From NCBI GenBank assembly GCA_028868195.1, contig JAGWUZ010000007.1, positions 27,145-91,144 on the forward strand: a DNA stretch of 64,000 nucleotides. The letters are read 5' to 3'. Origin of the DNA: Sphingomonadales bacterium. GTDB taxonomy: Bacteria; Pseudomonadota; Alphaproteobacteria; Sphingomonadales; Sphingomonadaceae. Both the position numbers and the translations under genes were made by a program. The notes below the pieces were generated by a model that saw only the letters and a list, made by a program, of their open reading frames with translations, was not told the DNA's origin and made no database searches. Shown piece after piece: positions 21,181 through 31,722 of the stretch. The stretch's first letter is position 1. Every line of letters starts with the position of its first letter.

Positions 21181-21208
21181 CCTTTATGGTGCATCGCAGC
21201 AATGTCAA
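21181..21208 (-). promoter_or_regulatory. Sigma70-type promoter for the cell wall hydrolase gene
   Basis: Perfect TTGACA (21208-21203), 16-nt spacer, TAAAGG; implies a leader of about 170 nt. Confidence 0.55.
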
Positions 21209-21217
21209 CCCCCGCGG

Positions 21218-21547
21218 TCAGGATTCCAGGACAAGGCGTTTGGGATCGTCGACAGTCAGTTCGACTATCCACAGGTCGTCGTCCTGGCTGGCTCGACGGG
21301 CCAAGTAATCCTCAAATTCCTGTTTGTTTTCAGCGCTCTGAACTCTCGTCTCGGTCCACGCCCGGGTACCGTCGAGCTGGGGCATGCGTTCGTAAAGCAC
21401 TGATGTGCCGTCCCTTTGAACGCATACGATAAGCAATGTCCCGGCGTCGCGTTCACCTTTTTTGACAACCATGCCGAAGCCGCCCGCGGCCTCTGCCGCG
21501 CGAATCCAACCGGTGACTTCGACATGCGCGGGGAGCCGCGCGGTCAT
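21218..21547 (-). CDS. DUF1491-family protein
   Basis: RLPAHVEV..WIR, VVKKGERDAG, YLARRASQDDDLWIVEL pattern. Confidence 0.85.
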   Translation of the reverse strand: MTARLPAHVEVTGWIRAAEAAGGFGMVVKKGERDAGTLLIVCVQRDGTSVLYERMPQLDGTRAWTETRVQSAENKQEFEDYLARRASQDDDLWIVELTVDDPKRLVLES

Positions 21548-22041
21548 CCCGCACCGGTCCCGGCGCGCATGCCCTCGGCGTAGCCGGCGAGCCCGGCGAG
21601 CGGGATGTGCGAGCGCATGAAGGTGCCGGTGCCGCGTCCGATTTCCTCGCCCTCGGGATCAATCAGCCGCGCCTCGGCGACCAGCACGCGGCGGCGGCCG
21701 CTGATCCAGCGGCCCTCGGCGATCACTTCGCCCGAGCGGATCGGGCGCAGGAACTGCAGGTTGAAGTGCGTGGTGAGCAGGAAGCGGTCTGTAACGAGCG
21801 TGTTCGCCGCATAGAATCCGGCATCATCGAGCATCTTGAAATAGATCGTGCCGTGCGCCGCGCCCGCCGCGTGGTAGACATCGGGCGTGATCTCGAAGCG
21901 GATCCGCGCGTGTCCCTCGCCGACGATCTCGAGTTCGGAGCGGAACAGCCGGTTGATCGGCGCCTCGGCGTAGAGACCTTCGAGCGCCCGCCAGTGCAGC
22001 CGCGCGCCCGCGGATGGCTGGCCCGTATGCTCAGGCGGCAT
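21544..22041 (-). CDS. PaaI-family thioesterase (hotdog fold)
   Basis: HAAGAAHGTIYFKMLDDAGFYAA, FNLQFLRP, GTGTFMRS. Confidence 0.88.
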   Translation of the reverse strand: MPPEHTGQPSAGARLHWRALEGLYAEAPINRLFRSELEIVGEGHARIRFEITPDVYHAAGAAHGTIYFKMLDDAGFYAANTLVTDRFLLTTHFNLQFLRPIRSGEVIAEGRWISGRRRVLVAEARLIDPEGEEIGRGTGTFMRSHIPLAGLAGYAEGMRAGTGAG

Positions 22042-22492
22042 CCCGGTCGATCACGTTGACCAGCAAACCGTTGAGCGCTTCGACGTCGGTCGCCATGGCC
22101 AGCGCTTCGTGCATCCGCTCGTCGCGCATCATGCGCGAGATCGCGGCCAGCGCCTGAAGGTGCGTTGCACCCGCCTGGACCGGCGAGAGCAGGCCGAACA
22201 CGCAATCGACCGGCATGCCGTCGGCCGCGTCGAAATCAACCGGCTGGGCCAGCTTGATGAAGGCCGCGACCGGGCGCGACAAACCGGTGATGCGCGCGTG
22301 CGGAATGGCCACACCGCGCCCGAATCCCGTGCTGCCGAGCTTTTCGCGCTCGTCGATGCCTTCGGCCACGGCCTCGACGTCGAGCCCATAGACTTCCGCG
22401 AAACATCCGGCGAGCGCGTCGAGAATTTCGCGCTTGCTCGACGGCTTCAGGATACGCACGGCGCGCGGATCGATGGTGAACGGAGTGGTCAT
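22031..22492 (-). CDS. ptsN: PTS EIIA(Ntr)-like protein
   Basis: REKLGSTGFGRGVAIPHAR, DFDAADGMPVD, HLQALAAISR; downstream of hpf. Confidence 0.9.
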   Translation of the reverse strand: MTTPFTIDPRAVRILKPSSKREILDALAGCFAEVYGLDVEAVAEGIDEREKLGSTGFGRGVAIPHARITGLSRPVAAFIKLAQPVDFDAADGMPVDCVFGLLSPVQAGATHLQALAAISRMMRDERMHEALAMATDVEALNGLLVNVIDRDAA

Positions 22493-22616
22493 GGTGTCTG
22501 GCTAGCTAGTATCTGGCCGGCTGGCACTGGGCTCCGCGCACCGACGCGGTCGCCATGCGCCTTCGCGCCGCAAAGGGCAAGCGCCGATTGACCCCGGCGA
22601 CTGCCCCGCACAGCCG

Positions 22617-23213
22617 TTAACGCGCTGGTTCGACCCAGCCTATGGTTCCGTCGTCGCGGCGATAGACCATGTTGTGGACGCCCGTGCCCGCGTTCTTGAA
22701 CAGAAGCGCCGTGGTGTTGCGCAGGTCGAGCATCATCACCGCGTCGGACACGGTCGCTTCGGGAATGTTGGCGCGCGTCTCGGCGATCACCAGCGGGGCT
22801 TCGGATGCGTGCTCGACGTCCTCGCCATCGGCCTGGAACACCGTGTAGCCGGCGTTGTCGAGCGCCCCCATGTCATAGGCGCCGTCGAATTCGCGGCGCG
22901 CGGCGTCGGCCTGTTCGTGGCGATCCTTGAGACGGCGCTTGTAGCGGCGCAGCTGCTTGTCGATCTTCTCGGCTGCGGCGTCGAGCGCCAGGTGCGCGTC
23001 GAGCGCGTCGGCGCCGCCCTTGAGGATCAGGCCCTGCATCACGTGGGTCACGATATCGCAGCGAAAACCGCCGTATGGGCCCTTGCCGAGCGTGACCTGC
23101 GAGGAAAGCGCCGCCGAGAAATACTTGTCGACTATGCCACCGAGACGTTCCTCGGCATGAGCCTGAAGCGCGGCGCCGGTGTCGACCTGATGTCCCGAAA
23201 CGCGAATTTCCAT
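22617..23213 (-). CDS. hpf: Ribosome hibernation promoting factor, long form
   Basis: MEIRVSGHQVDTG, KIDKQLRRYKRRLK, C-terminal TVSDAVMMLDL..ALLFKN..NMVYRRDDGTIGWVEP. Confidence 0.93.
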   Translation of the reverse strand: MEIRVSGHQVDTGAALQAHAEERLGGIVDKYFSAALSSQVTLGKGPYGGFRCDIVTHVMQGLILKGGADALDAHLALDAAAEKIDKQLRRYKRRLKDRHEQADAARREFDGAYDMGALDNAGYTVFQADGEDVEHASEAPLVIAETRANIPEATVSDAVMMLDLRNTTALLFKNAGTGVHNMVYRRDDGTIGWVEPAR

Positions 23214-23254
23214 GGATGACTTCTCCTGCTCTTCAATTCCCGTCACGAGGACGC

Positions 23255-23935
23255 TCAGCGCCGCCAGAGCGGATCGTTGAGCCCGCCCACGAATTCGGCG
23301 TGGCGGGCCAGCTCTGCCTCGCTGGCGGCGTGTGGGCGCGGGGCCCGGAACTTGCGGGATACCATGACAGCGGTTTCCCGAATGTTTGCGACAACGGCTT
23401 CTGCGGCGAGTTCCAGGCCAATCTGGCGCCCCCCCATGAGTTCGACGTAGAGCTGCGCCAGCAGTTCCGCATCGAGCAGCGCGCCATGCTTCGTGCGATG
23501 GCTTCGGTCAATGCCGTATCGCGTGCAAAGCGCATCGAGCGAGAGCTTGGCGCCGGGATGCTTGCGCCGCGCGATGGCGACGGTATCGACCATCCGTGCG
23601 CGGTCGACCGGCTCCATCGTGCAGAGCGCGAGTTCGGCGTTGATGAAGGCGAAGTCGAACCCGGCATTGTGCGCGACCATCGGGCTTTCGCCGATGAATT
23701 CGAGGAAGTCCGCGGCAAGCTCGCCGAACAGCGGCTTGTCCGACAGGAAGGTGCTCGAAAGCCCGTGAACCGCCTCGGCCTCGGCGGGCATGTCGCGCTC
23801 GGGATTGAAATAGGCGTGGAACACTTCGCCCGTGGGTACGCGGTTGACCAGCTCGATACAGCCGATCTCTACCAGCCGGTCCCCCGTTTGCGGGTCGAGT
23901 CCGGTGGTTTCGGTATCGAAGACGATCTCTCGCAT
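23255..23935 (-). CDS. dnaQ: DNA polymerase III epsilon subunit
   Basis: REIVFDTETTGL, VAHNAGFD, SLDALC.RYGID, HGALLDAELLA. Confidence 0.97.
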   Translation of the reverse strand: MREIVFDTETTGLDPQTGDRLVEIGCIELVNRVPTGEVFHAYFNPERDMPAEAEAVHGLSSTFLSDKPLFGELAADFLEFIGESPMVAHNAGFDFAFINAELALCTMEPVDRARMVDTVAIARRKHPGAKLSLDALCTRYGIDRSHRTKHGALLDAELLAQLYVELMGGRQIGLELAAEAVVANIRETAVMVSRKFRAPRPHAASEAELARHAEFVGGLNDPLWRR

Positions 23936-24007
23936 CGGAATCTATATCGGCCCGAGTCCGGTCCGTGACAAGGGCGGAAAACCCCCTTTGCGGCGCTTTT
24001 TCGCGCG

Positions 24008-24625
24008 CTAGCTTGCGACCAGCCGATCGACCAGCGCGGCAACCGCGGCGCGCGTCCCGGCCAGCGACACGCCGGTATCGATCACGTGGTCCGCGCGCGC
24101 GCGCTTTTCGGCGTCGGGCACCTGCAAGCCGAGGATGTGCGCGAACTTTTCCGGCGTCATTCCGGCACGGGCGAGCACGCGCTGGCGCTGGACCTCGGCC
24201 GGCGCGGAGACGACCGCCACCGCGTCGAGCCGGTCCGCGCCGCCCTTTTCATAGAGCAGCGGAATGTCGAACACGACGAGCGGCTGGCCCGCATGCTCGA
24301 TCAGGAAAGCCTGGCGCATCTCCGCGACCGCGGGATGGACGATCTGTTCGAGCCGCTTGAGCGCCGCCGGATCGCCGAACACCCGCGCGCCGAGTTCAGC
24401 GCGCTTCACCCCATCGGGCCCGGTCGAACCGGGAAACGCCGCCTCGATCGCGGGGAGCAGCCTGCCGCCGGGCCCCTGCAACAGGTGAACGGCTGCATCG
24501 GCATCGAACACCGGCACGCCGAGCTCCTGGAACATGGAGGAGACCGCCGACTTGCCCATGCCGATCGATCCGGTGAGGCCGAGGACGAAAGGCCTGCCGT
24601 GAGCCTGTCGAGGAAACCGCGTCAT
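24008..24625 (-). CDS. coaE: Dephospho-CoA kinase
   Basis: GLTGSIGMGKS, VFDADAAVH, LEQIVHP, FDIPLLYE. Confidence 0.96.
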   Translation of the reverse strand: MTRFPRQAHGRPFVLGLTGSIGMGKSAVSSMFQELGVPVFDADAAVHLLQGPGGRLLPAIEAAFPGSTGPDGVKRAELGARVFGDPAALKRLEQIVHPAVAEMRQAFLIEHAGQPLVVFDIPLLYEKGGADRLDAVAVVSAPAEVQRQRVLARAGMTPEKFAHILGLQVPDAEKRARADHVIDTGVSLAGTRAAVAALVDRLVAS

Positions 24626-25494
24626 GACGTCAGCCTCTTGCGCAGTTCGCTGTCGAGTTCGGCGGGCGGTTCCGCGCCATAGAAGCGGCGGAACGCCTCG
24701 CGCGCCTGGCCGACCAGCATTTCCAGCCCGTCGTGCGTCCTGAGGCCGCGCGCGGCAGCTGCGCGCAGCAGCGGCGTGTCATGGGGATGGGTGACGATGT
24801 CGTAGACGATCGCGTCATCGCGCAGTCCGTCGACCATGAGCGGCATCGGCGGATTGCCTTCCATGCCCAGCGACGTCGCATTGGCCACGAGCGCGCTGCG
24901 GTTCGCCGCCGTCTGCGCCTGGTCCCAACCGCAGGCGGTGATGCGGCAGTCCCCGACGGTCGCGGCGAGGTCGTCGAGCAGGCGCGCGGTGCCCTCGGCG
25001 GTGCGGTTGACGACGGTCACGTCGCGCGCGCCGAGGCTGACAAGCCCGGCAAGCACCGCCGCCGCCGCGCCGCCCGCACCGAGCACGGTCACGGGCTCAC
25101 CAGAAAGATGAAGGTCCGCGATCGGCTCGACGAAGCCCGGCAGGTCGGTGTTCTCTCCAGTCAGCGTGCCGTCGTCCTCGACGATCACGGTGTTGACCGC
25201 ACCCAGCGCCAGCGCGGCGGGGGTGTGATGGTCTACGAGGTCATAGCAGGCGCGCTTGTGCGGCATCGTCGCCTGGACGCCGGTAAAGCCGAGCGCGACC
25301 ATGCCGCGAAAGGCGCGCGCCACTTCGCCCGGGCGCACCGGCAGGCGGATGTAGTGCCCGTCGATCCCCAGCCGCTCGAGCCAGAACCCGTGGATCACCG
25401 GTGACTTCGATTGCGCCACCGGCCAGCCGATGAGGCCGGCGAGCAGCGGCAGCGGGTGGTCGGTCCGCCCGACCGGACGCATGGATTCGCTCAC
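24622..25494 (-). CDS. aroE: Shikimate dehydrogenase
   Basis: [57 protein letters not shown]; GTG start overlapping the maf stop. Confidence 0.94.
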   Translation of the reverse strand: MSESMRPVGRTDHPLPLLAGLIGWPVAQSKSPVIHGFWLERLGIDGHYIRLPVRPGEVARAFRGMVALGFTGVQATMPHKRACYDLVDHHTPAALALGAVNTVIVEDDGTLTGENTDLPGFVEPIADLHLSGEPVTVLGAGGAAAAVLAGLVSLGARDVTVVNRTAEGTARLLDDLAATVGDCRITACGWDQAQTAANRSALVANATSLGMEGNPPMPLMVDGLRDDAIVYDIVTHPHDTPLLRAAAARGLRTHDGLEMLVGQAREAFRRFYGAEPPAELDSELRKRLTS

Positions 25495-26078
25495 GCCGCG
25501 ATCTCCCCGGCATCGCGCAGCGCGGCGAGCAGCGGCAGCAGCGGCATGCCGAGCACGGTGAAGTGGCTGCCCTCGATGCTTTCGAACAACTGCACCCCCA
25601 GCGCCTCGATCCGGAACACGCCGACGCAGCCCGAAACCGATGGCCATTCGCTGTCGAGATAGCTGTCGATAAAGCTGTCGGTAAGCCGCCGCACGCGCAG
25701 TTTCGCGACGTCGGAATGCGCCCAGATCTTGCGCCCGTCGCGCAGCAGCACGGCGGAGGCATGAAGATGCATTTCCTGGCCCGAGAAGAAGCGCAGGTGC
25801 CCGGCGGCCTGCTCGCGGTCCTTCGGCTTGTCGAACAGGCGCCCGCCGACCTCGACCAGCGAATCCCCGCCGAGCACCAGCCGGCCGGGCGCGGCGACCG
25901 AGACGCACATCGCCTTGGCCTCGGCAAGCACCAGCGCGATCTCGCCGGGCGGCACCGCGATCAGCTCGCGCTTCAGTTCGGCTTCGTCGCAGGTCGAGGC
26001 GCGTGCTTCGAACGGCACGCCCGCGGCTTCGAGCATGGCCTTGCGCGAGGCGCTCTGCGAGGCGAGGATCAGTGTCAT
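25491..26078 (-). CDS. maf: Maf-family nucleoside triphosphate pyrophosphatase
   Basis: [47 protein letters not shown]. Confidence 0.93.
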   Translation of the reverse strand: MTLILASQSASRKAMLEAAGVPFEARASTCDEAELKRELIAVPPGEIALVLAEAKAMCVSVAAPGRLVLGGDSLVEVGGRLFDKPKDREQAAGHLRFFSGQEMHLHASAVLLRDGRKIWAHSDVAKLRVRRLTDSFIDSYLDSEWPSVSGCVGVFRIEALGVQLFESIEGSHFTVLGMPLLPLLAALRDAGEIAA

Positions 26079-26920
26079 ATCGGCTTTGCCCCTTGCGAGC
26101 CGCTGATCCCGGCAGCCTTGCGTTCGTTGTAGAGGTTGATCACTGCCGCAGCCGTCTCCTCGATCGAGCGTCGCGACACGTCGATCACTGCCCAGCCGTT
26201 GTCGGCGAACATGCGCCGCGCGTATTGCACCTCGCGGTTCACCGCCTCGTTGTCGACATAGGCGGTCTCGGGCGCCTGGTTGAGCGAGAGCAGGCGGTTG
26301 CGGCGCACCTGGATCAGCCGTTCGGGATTGGTGGTGAGCCCGATCACCATCGGCCGGCGTACGGTGTAGAGCGAAGGCGGCGGCGGACTTTCGGGGACGA
26401 TCGGGATGTTGGCGACCTTGTAGCCGCGGTTGGCAAGATAGATCGAGGTTGGCGTCTTCGACGAGCGCGACACGCCGGCAAGGATGATGTCGGCCTGCTC
26501 CCAGTCCTCCCAGGCGATGCCGTCGTCGTGCGCGATGGTGAACTGGATCGCCTCGACGCGCTGGAAATAGGCCTCGTCCATCGCGTGCTGGCGCCCGGGA
26601 CGGCCGCGCGCCTCCTGCCCCAGCTGCTGTTCGAGCGCCAAGGTCACCGTATCGAGCGCGCCGACGATCGGCAGACCCAGCGTAGCGCAGCGGCTTTCCA
26701 GCCGGTCGCGCGTCTCGGCGTTGACCAGCGTGAACAGCACGAGGCCGGGGTTCTGCGCGATCTCGCCCATGATGCGGTCGAGGTGCTGTAGCGAACGCAC
26801 CATCGGCCAGAAGTGGCGGACCACGTCTGCATCCTCGAACTGCGCGAGCGCGGCCTTGGCAACCATTTCGAGGGTCTCGCCGGTCGAGTCCGACAGCAGG
26901 TGGAGGTGAAGCCGCGCCAT
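26075..26920 (-). CDS. ppsR: Pyruvate, phosphate/water dikinase regulatory kinase-pyrophosphorylase (DUF299)
   Basis: [63 protein letters not shown]. Confidence 0.94.
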   Translation of the reverse strand: MARLHLHLLSDSTGETLEMVAKAALAQFEDADVVRHFWPMVRSLQHLDRIMGEIAQNPGLVLFTLVNAETRDRLESRCATLGLPIVGALDTVTLALEQQLGQEARGRPGRQHAMDEAYFQRVEAIQFTIAHDDGIAWEDWEQADIILAGVSRSSKTPTSIYLANRGYKVANIPIVPESPPPPSLYTVRRPMVIGLTTNPERLIQVRRNRLLSLNQAPETAYVDNEAVNREVQYARRMFADNGWAVIDVSRRSIEETAAAVINLYNERKAAGISGSQGAKPI

Positions 26921-27283
26921 GCCTCGCTTTTCCGCGCTTTCCGGGCCATATTGCAAGAGCGAATGGACAGGCCTGTGGAAAGCGCGCGCACAAGCCTGAT
27001 GAGCGTTTTGCGGACAACTCCGAGGTGCGGATTCATCCCCCTCATCCGCCATTCGCTCCAGCGCTTGTGGACATGGGGAAAGTGTTTTCCCGCGTCGCCT
27101 GACATCGGGGATAACTCGCGATTGACGGCGGAATCGGCCAGAGTCGCACGGGGCAATTTTCGCTGGCCGCCTCCGCACAATTCGGGCAGAGCCGCGCCAT
27201 CCCCGCTATCCACAGCCCAACAGATTCCTACATCCTGAATCAATATAAATATATTTGATTATAGAGCAGAGAAACGAGACACG
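26921..27283. other. oriC: Probable chromosomal replication origin (oriC)
   Basis: Divergent ppsR/hemE gap; DnaA-box-like CTATCCACA (27206-27214), minus-strand ATGTCCACA (27066-27074), CTTTCCACA (26974-26982), TTATCCCCG (27106-27114); GANTC at 27030, 27131, 27141, 27223, 27237; AT-rich tract 27236-27263; same gene context as Caulobacter Cori. Confidence 0.85.
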
Positions 27284-28315
27284 ATGCCCGGTCCCCTCCT
27301 CGATACCCTCAATGGCGCGAACCTTCCCAGGCGGCCAATCTGGCTCATGCGGCAGGCGGGTCGCTATCTGCCCGAGTACCGCGAATTGCGGGCGAAGAAG
27401 GGCGGCTTCCTGGCGATGGCCTATGACACCGATGCGGCGGCCGAGATCACCATGCAGCCGGTGCGGCGCTTCGGCTTCGACGGGGCGATCCTGTTCTCCG
27501 ACATCCTGATCGTGCCCTACGCCATGGGCCAGGACCTCGAGTTCCTCGCCGGCGAAGGGCCCAGGCTGTCGCCAAGGCTGATCGACCTTGCGCTCGACAG
27601 GCTCGAGGCCGTCCCGGAGCGGCTCACGCCGATCTACGAGACGGTAAGGAAGGTCGTGGCCCAGCTCCGGCCCGAAACGACGATGCTGGGCTTTGCAGGA
27701 AGCCCGTGGACCGTGGCGACCTACATGGTCGCGGGCGAGGGCAGCCGCGACCAGCACGAAACGCGCGCGTTCGCCTATCAGGACCGCGAGGGCTTCTCGG
27801 CGATCGTCGATGCGATCGTGGCGGTCACGGTCGAATATCTCTCGGGCCAGATCGAGGCGGGCGCGGAAGCGGTGCAGCTGTTCGATTCGTGGGCGGGAAG
27901 CTTGGCCCCGGCCGAATTCGAACGCTGGGTGATCGAACCCAACGCCGCGATCACGGCGGAGCTCAAGAAGCTGCACCCGCACGTTCCGGTGATCGGCTTC
28001 CCCAAGGGTGCGGGCGAGAAGCTGGCGCTCTATGCGCAGGGCACCGGGGTGGACGCGATCGGTGTCGACGAGACGATCAATCCGGCCTGGGCGGCGCGCG
28101 AGCTGCCCTCGGGGATGCCGGTGCAGGGCAATCTCGATCCGCTGCTGCTGCTCGCCGGCGGGGCGGAACTGGAGCGCCGCGCGCGCCACGTGCTCGATTG
28201 CTTCGCCGACCGCCCGCACGTGTTCAACCTGGGCCATGGCATCGGCCAGTTCACGCCGATCGCGCATGTCGAATACCTGCTCGAGGTGGTGCGCGAGTGG
28301 ACGCCGGGCGGTTGA
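27284..28315 (+). CDS. hemE: Uroporphyrinogen decarboxylase
   Basis: PIWLMRQAGRYLPEYR, ILFSDIL, GFAGSPWTVATYM, QLFDSWAG, VQGNLDP, FNLGHGI. Confidence 0.98.
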   Translation: MPGPLLDTLNGANLPRRPIWLMRQAGRYLPEYRELRAKKGGFLAMAYDTDAAAEITMQPVRRFGFDGAILFSDILIVPYAMGQDLEFLAGEGPRLSPRLIDLALDRLEAVPERLTPIYETVRKVVAQLRPETTMLGFAGSPWTVATYMVAGEGSRDQHETRAFAYQDREGFSAIVDAIVAVTVEYLSGQIEAGAEAVQLFDSWAGSLAPAEFERWVIEPNAAITAELKKLHPHVPVIGFPKGAGEKLALYAQGTGVDAIGVDETINPAWAARELPSGMPVQGNLDPLLLLAGGAELERRARHVLDCFADRPHVFNLGHGIGQFTPIAHVEYLLEVVREWTPGG

Positions 28316-28391
28316 GCGGGGACATTATCGATTTGTCACAAATTGCCCCGGCGGGTGGCCATCGCGGCCCGCGCGACCTACATCGACCTTC

Positions 28392-28835
28392 ATGGAACAG
28401 GTGCTCTCGATGATCTATCTCTGGCTCAAGGCGGGCCACGTCATCTTCGTGATCTTCTGGATGGCCGGGCTGTTCATGCTGCCGCGCTATTTCGTCTACC
28501 ACCAGGAAGCCGAGCCCGGCTCGCCCGAGAACGCGCTGTGGATCGAGCGCGAGCGCAAGCTGATGAAGATCATCATGTGGCCTTCGCTGGTGGTCGTGTG
28601 GGTGCTTGGGCTCTCGCTCGCATGGACCGGCGGTTTCCTCACCGCCGGATGGTTCCATGCCAAGCTGGGTCTTGCGCTAGTGCTGACCGCCTACCATTTC
28701 TGGCTGGCGAGCTATGCCGGCGCGCTGGCGCGGGGTGAACGCAAGCTTTCGGGCCGGACGCTGCGCATGCTCAACGAAGTGCCCGGGATCACCGCGGCGC
28801 TGATCGTCGTGCTGGTGATCGTGAAGCCGTTCTGA
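28392..28835 (+). CDS. hemJ: Protoporphyrinogen IX oxidase HemJ (UPF0093)
   Basis: YLWLKAGHVIFVIFWMAGLFMLPRYFVYH, ERKL, WFHAKL, RMLNEVP, LVIVKPF. Confidence 0.93.
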   Translation: MEQVLSMIYLWLKAGHVIFVIFWMAGLFMLPRYFVYHQEAEPGSPENALWIERERKLMKIIMWPSLVVVWVLGLSLAWTGGFLTAGWFHAKLGLALVLTAYHFWLASYAGALARGERKLSGRTLRMLNEVPGITAALIVVLVIVKPF

Positions 28836-28878
28836 CAGTGGTCTGACCGCCACACCCTCGCACTGTCAGTTTGCGCGT

Positions 28879-28907
28879 TGACAGCCCGCCCGCGCGGCGC
28901 TTAAGGC
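28879..28907 (+). promoter_or_regulatory. Sigma70-type promoter of rho
   Basis: TTGACA followed about 17 nt later by TTAAGG/TAAGGC; C-rich leader follows. Coordinates approximate. Confidence 0.6.
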
Positions 28908-29021
28908 GCGAAGTGTTCCCGGCGACGGACGGCCCCGTTCCAGAGGGCCGCGCCACGGCTAGCTTTCCCCAAGCCCACAGGCCAGCGCCGGCCACACCCA
29001 GCTTTCCACCCGGAACCACAG

Positions 29022-30278
<1,257 letters not shown>

Positions 30279-30285
30279 GTTCTTC

Positions 30286-30831
30286 GTGGGGCCAGCCGCA
30301 TCCCGCGTCCGCTCGGCGATCACCGGCGGACCGGGAGCGGGCAAGTCGACGCTGCTTGAGGCACTGGCGGGGCACGGTATCGCGACCGTCCCCGAGGCGG
30401 CGCGGATCATCCTCCGGCGACCTGGCGGTCTGGAACTGCGCGCGCACGATCCGGACGGGTTCGCATGCGCCATGTTCGAGGCCGAACGCACCGCGTTCGA
30501 CGGCGCGGGCCCGGGCCTGACAGTGTTCGACCGCGGCTTTCCCGATATCGCCGGGTTTCTCGACCTGGCGGGGCTTCCCGTTCCCGCCGGGATCGACCGC
30601 GCCTGCCGCTCGCTGCGCTACGAAGGGCCCGTCTTCCACGCGCCGATGTGGCAAGCGATCTACACCGGGGACGAGGAGCGCATCCAGACATGGGACGAAG
30701 CGCTGGAGAGCGACGCGGCGGTGCTGGCAGCCTGGCGCCGGTACGGCTACGATCCCATCGAATTGCCCAGGGAAAGCGTTGCGTCGCGGGTGCGATTCGT
30801 CGAGCGCTGGCTGGGGATAAGCGGCCCATGA
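30286..30831 (+). CDS. AAA_28 / NadR-Ttd14-like P-loop ATPase
   Basis: AITGGPGAGKSTLL, VPEAARII, FDRGFPD, IYTGDEER, YGYDPIELP..SV..R. Confidence 0.85.
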   Translation: MGPAASRVRSAITGGPGAGKSTLLEALAGHGIATVPEAARIILRRPGGLELRAHDPDGFACAMFEAERTAFDGAGPGLTVFDRGFPDIAGFLDLAGLPVPAGIDRACRSLRYEGPVFHAPMWQAIYTGDEERIQTWDEALESDAAVLAAWRRYGYDPIELPRESVASRVRFVERWLGISGP

Positions 30832-30930
30832 CGGGTACGCGCGCCGCGCGAGTTCATCTTGCCGATAATTTGCGGCAATGTAGTCGTGCATATGCATTGC
30901 AAACCGACCATCCTGCCGAGGGACCGCCAC

Positions 30931-31707
30931 ATGGCTCTGTTTCCGCTTGTCCTCCTTGCCGCCGCACAGGCGGCTTCTCCCTCCGCCGGCGCGGCGGCGG
31001 GCATGCAGCAGCCGATGCAGGTGTTCATCTCGCCTTCGGGCGAGCCGTTTCGCGCGCCCGTCGGGCAGCCCTATCCGGTGGCGCAATGGTTCGCTGAGGC
31101 CGACGCCAACCACGACGGCAAGCTGACATCGACCGAGTTCATGGTCGACTTCATGAAGTTCTTCGACAGCCTCGATGTCAACCACGATCGCCAGCTCGAT
31201 GCCGGCGAGATCGCGCGCTACGAGAGAGAGATCGCGCCCGAAGTGGCGCGTGGCGGCAGGGGTGGGCCGGGCCGGGCTGATCGCGAAAATGGCGGCGATT
31301 GGAGGGGACACCATGGTCGCGGCCATCGCGGCGGTGGTTTCGGCGGCGAGGGCATGCCCGGCGGCGGCGGGTTCAGCTCTCGCCACTTCCAGGACATGGA
31401 CGAGGGCGGCGGCGGACAGGAAGGCGACGACAGCCATTCGGGCTATGGCGGCGAGATTGGTAGCTATCACAGTGGCGGGCCCGACCGCCAGGAAGCGGTC
31501 GGTGGCGCTCGCTTCGACCTGCTTGGCATTCCCGAACCGGTCAGCGACATGGCGCACGACCTTTCCGGCGTGGTCTATCGCCAGGACGCGCTGAACGCCG
31601 CAACCCAGCGCTTCGACGCGCTCGACGGCAAGGGGCTGGGATTCCTGACGCTCGCGACCTTGCCCGAAACCATGGCGCAGCGCCACAAGGGCAAATGGAA
31701 GCGCTGA
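30931..31707 (+). CDS. Exported EF-hand protein with Gly/Arg-rich low-complexity insert
   Basis: Signal peptide; VFISPSGEPFRA; EF-hand loops DANHDGKLTSTE and DVNHDRQLDAGE; Gly-rich centre; degenerate C-terminal loop DGKGLGFLT. Confidence 0.85.
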   Translation: MALFPLVLLAAAQAASPSAGAAAGMQQPMQVFISPSGEPFRAPVGQPYPVAQWFAEADANHDGKLTSTEFMVDFMKFFDSLDVNHDRQLDAGEIARYEREIAPEVARGGRGGPGRADRENGGDWRGHHGRGHRGGGFGGEGMPGGGGFSSRHFQDMDEGGGGQEGDDSHSGYGGEIGSYHSGGPDRQEAVGGARFDLLGIPEPVSDMAHDLSGVVYRQDALNAATQRFDALDGKGLGFLTLATLPETMAQRHKGKWKR

Positions 31708-31722
31708 GTTAGGGTCCCGACC

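Noticed and set aside
27238-27260. IHF consensus in the origin AT-rich tract
   Set aside because: AATCAA is present on both strands but the TTR element is one base out of register.
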